Program-made: the position numbers and the translations under genes
Notes under the pieces: model-generated
The model's input: the letters and a program-made list of their open reading frames with translations, nothing else
What the model was told of the DNA's origin: nothing
Database searches by the model: none
Shown here: positions 49,855 to 51,104 of the stretch, one piece after another
Numbering within the stretch: position 1 is the first letter of the stretch
How the letters are laid out: every line of letters starts with the position of its first letter
NCBI GenBank assembly: GCA_015063525.1
Contig: SVTZ01000001.1
Span: forward strand, 1 to 51,104
Length of the DNA stretch: 51,104 bases
Source: Oscillospiraceae bacterium
GTDB taxonomy: Bacteria; Bacillota; Clostridia; Oscillospirales; CAG-272
Reading direction: 5' to 3'

Positions 49855-50395
49855 TGAGCCTTCTTGTCATCGAGACCGAAAGTCCGACTACTGTATCGTA
49901 GTCGCCGTCGTATTTCTCAACGAATTTTCCTCCGCCGCTTTGTATACCGTAAGCGCCCGCTTTGTCCATAGGATCTCCGCTTTTGACGTATTCGACTATC
50001 TCATCGCGACTCATCTCTCTGAAATACACCGCGGTTGTCGCAACTCCGCTGAAAACCTTGCCACGATAATGCACCGCAACGCCCGTATGTACGTTGTGTG
50101 CCTTGCCGGAAAGCGAAGTCAGCATTCTCACGGCGTCATTCTCGTCTTTGGGCTTTCCAAGCGGAACGCCATCAAGTTCGACAAGCGTGTCCGAGGATAT
50201 TACAAGAGAATCTTCCCCCGCCTCTTCCGCCACGGCCTCTCCCTTTTTGACGGCAAGAAGTTCAACACCCTCTCTGGGGTGGATATCTGAGGGCAGGCTT
50301 TCCTCCACCTCTTTTGTTATAATTTCAAAATCCTTTATTATCTCCGAGAGTAATTCCCGCCTTCGCGGTGACTTTGATGCAAGTATGTATCTCAT
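49832..50395 (-). CDS. maf: Maf-like nucleoside triphosphate pyrophosphatase
   Basis: MRYILASKSPRRRELL N-terminus and YGIQ motif. The start is set at ATG 50393..50395. Confidence 0.9.
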   Translation of the reverse strand: MRYILASKSPRRRELLSEIIKDFEIITKEVEESLPSDIHPREGVELLAVKKGEAVAEEAGEDSLVISSDTLVELDGVPLGKPKDENDAVRMLTSLSGKAHNVHTGVAVHYRGKVFSGVATTAVYFREMSRDEIVEYVKSGDPMDKAGAYGIQSGGGKFVEKYDGDYDTVVGLSVSMTRRLIDEAKND

Positions 50396-50474
50396 AAAAA
50401 TCCTTTTATAAAAGCGACTGCCTATCACTGTTTTTCGTGCATAAACAATCGCCTTTTCTGTTAATTTGTAATGT

Positions 50475-51104
50475 TTAGTTTACAAAACCTATCTTTCTTC
50501 TGACTTTAGACATGGTTTTGCGAGCATAGTAAGCAGCTTCGTCAGCACCCGCCTTCATAACCGCTTCAAGATGCGCCTTGTCTGCCATAAGACGGGAAAA
50601 CTCATCTCTTACGGGAGCAAGACCGTCGGCGCACGCCTCGCCAACCGCCATCTTGAAGTCGCCGTATCCCTTGCCGTCAAATTCCCTCTCGATCTCCTGG
50701 AAGGTCTTTCCTGTGAAGGCGCGGTAGATAGTCATAAGGTTGGATACGCCGGGCTTGTCCTCGGAATACCTTACGCAGGCCTCCGAATCTGTGACTGCCT
50801 TCTTGAACTTACGCATAACGTCATCCTTGGAGTCAAGGATATAGACGACTGCGTTCTGGTTCTCGTCGGATTTCGACATCTTAGCGGTCGGCTCTGCCAG
50901 CGACATGATCTTCATCGTGTCGGTAGACATATATCCTTCGGGAATGGTGAATGTGGGGCCGTATATCTGGTTAAATCTCATAGCTATATCGCGTGCCAGC
51001 TCAAGGTGCTGCTTCTGGTCGATTCCAACGGGAACGACGTCGGTTTGGTAGAGAAGGATATCAGACGCCATAAGGGTGGGGTAGGTAAAGAGACCGGCGT
51101 TGAT
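50475..51104 (-). CDS. trpS: Tryptophan--tRNA ligase, N-terminus beyond window edge
   Basis: KMSKS motif and GIDQKQHLELARD. The frame remains open to the window end. Confidence 0.92.
   Translation of the reverse strand: MNAGLFTYPTLMASDILLYQTDVVPVGIDQKQHLELARDIAMRFNQIYGPTFTIPEGYMSTDTMKIMSLAEPTAKMSKSDENQNAVVYILDSKDDVMRKFKKAVTDSEACVRYSEDKPGVSNLMTIYRAFTGKTFQEIEREFDGKGYGDFKMAVGEACADGLAPVRDEFSRLMADKAHLEAVMKAGADEAAYYARKTMSKVRRKIGFVN

Overview
This window is an origin-proximal chromosomal segment of a spore-forming, Rnf-containing Firmicute, probably Clostridia-like. Hand-counted coding samples are about 46-49% GC. I call 51 CDS, almost all recognisable housekeeping genes. Left to right: an SDR (5' truncated), a lipoprotein, an XRE regulator plus a DUF1461/TIGR01906 membrane protein, a processive GT2, a GDPD plus MFS transporter, a Gx transporter plus NusG-II protein, rnfCDGEAB (minus strand), spoVAC-D-E, dnaA-dnaN-recF-DUF370-gyrB-gyrA, an XRE-like protein, RNase J, an Sfp-type PPTase, parB/parA, a histidine phosphatase, hrcA-grpE-dnaK-dnaJ (minus strand), rny-ymdB-mnmG-tcdA, a P-type ATPase, PAP2, an MBL hydrolase, an XRE-FtsK-gamma fusion, a Toprim protein, nth, maf and trpS (truncated). 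Supported non-coding elements include an oriC core in the dnaA-dnaN spacer (DnaA boxes, a DnaA-trio-like CTA/TAG array and an AT-rich tract), three perfect parS sites upstream of parA, a CIRCE operator at hrcA, several consensus sigma-A promoters and many rho-independent terminators. I found no rRNA, tRNA, CRISPR array, transposase or integrase, and no multi-gene defence-type or otherwise obviously novel system. The most unusual observations are: (1) a tandem pair of ~85-nt structured repeats between rnfB and the NusG-II gene, with variable but internally complementary stems; (2) an HTH protein with a repeat-expanded Pro/Ala linker and a MinD-like C-terminal amphipathic tail next to gyrA; (3) an XRE-HTH fused to an FtsK-gamma winged helix in an AT-rich islet; (4) a double-module RnfG and a Cys-rich tail on RnfE; (5) a 281-bp gap splitting parA from parB that carries an inverted DnaA-box pair. 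All functional assignments come from motif recognition by eye; no database search was possible.
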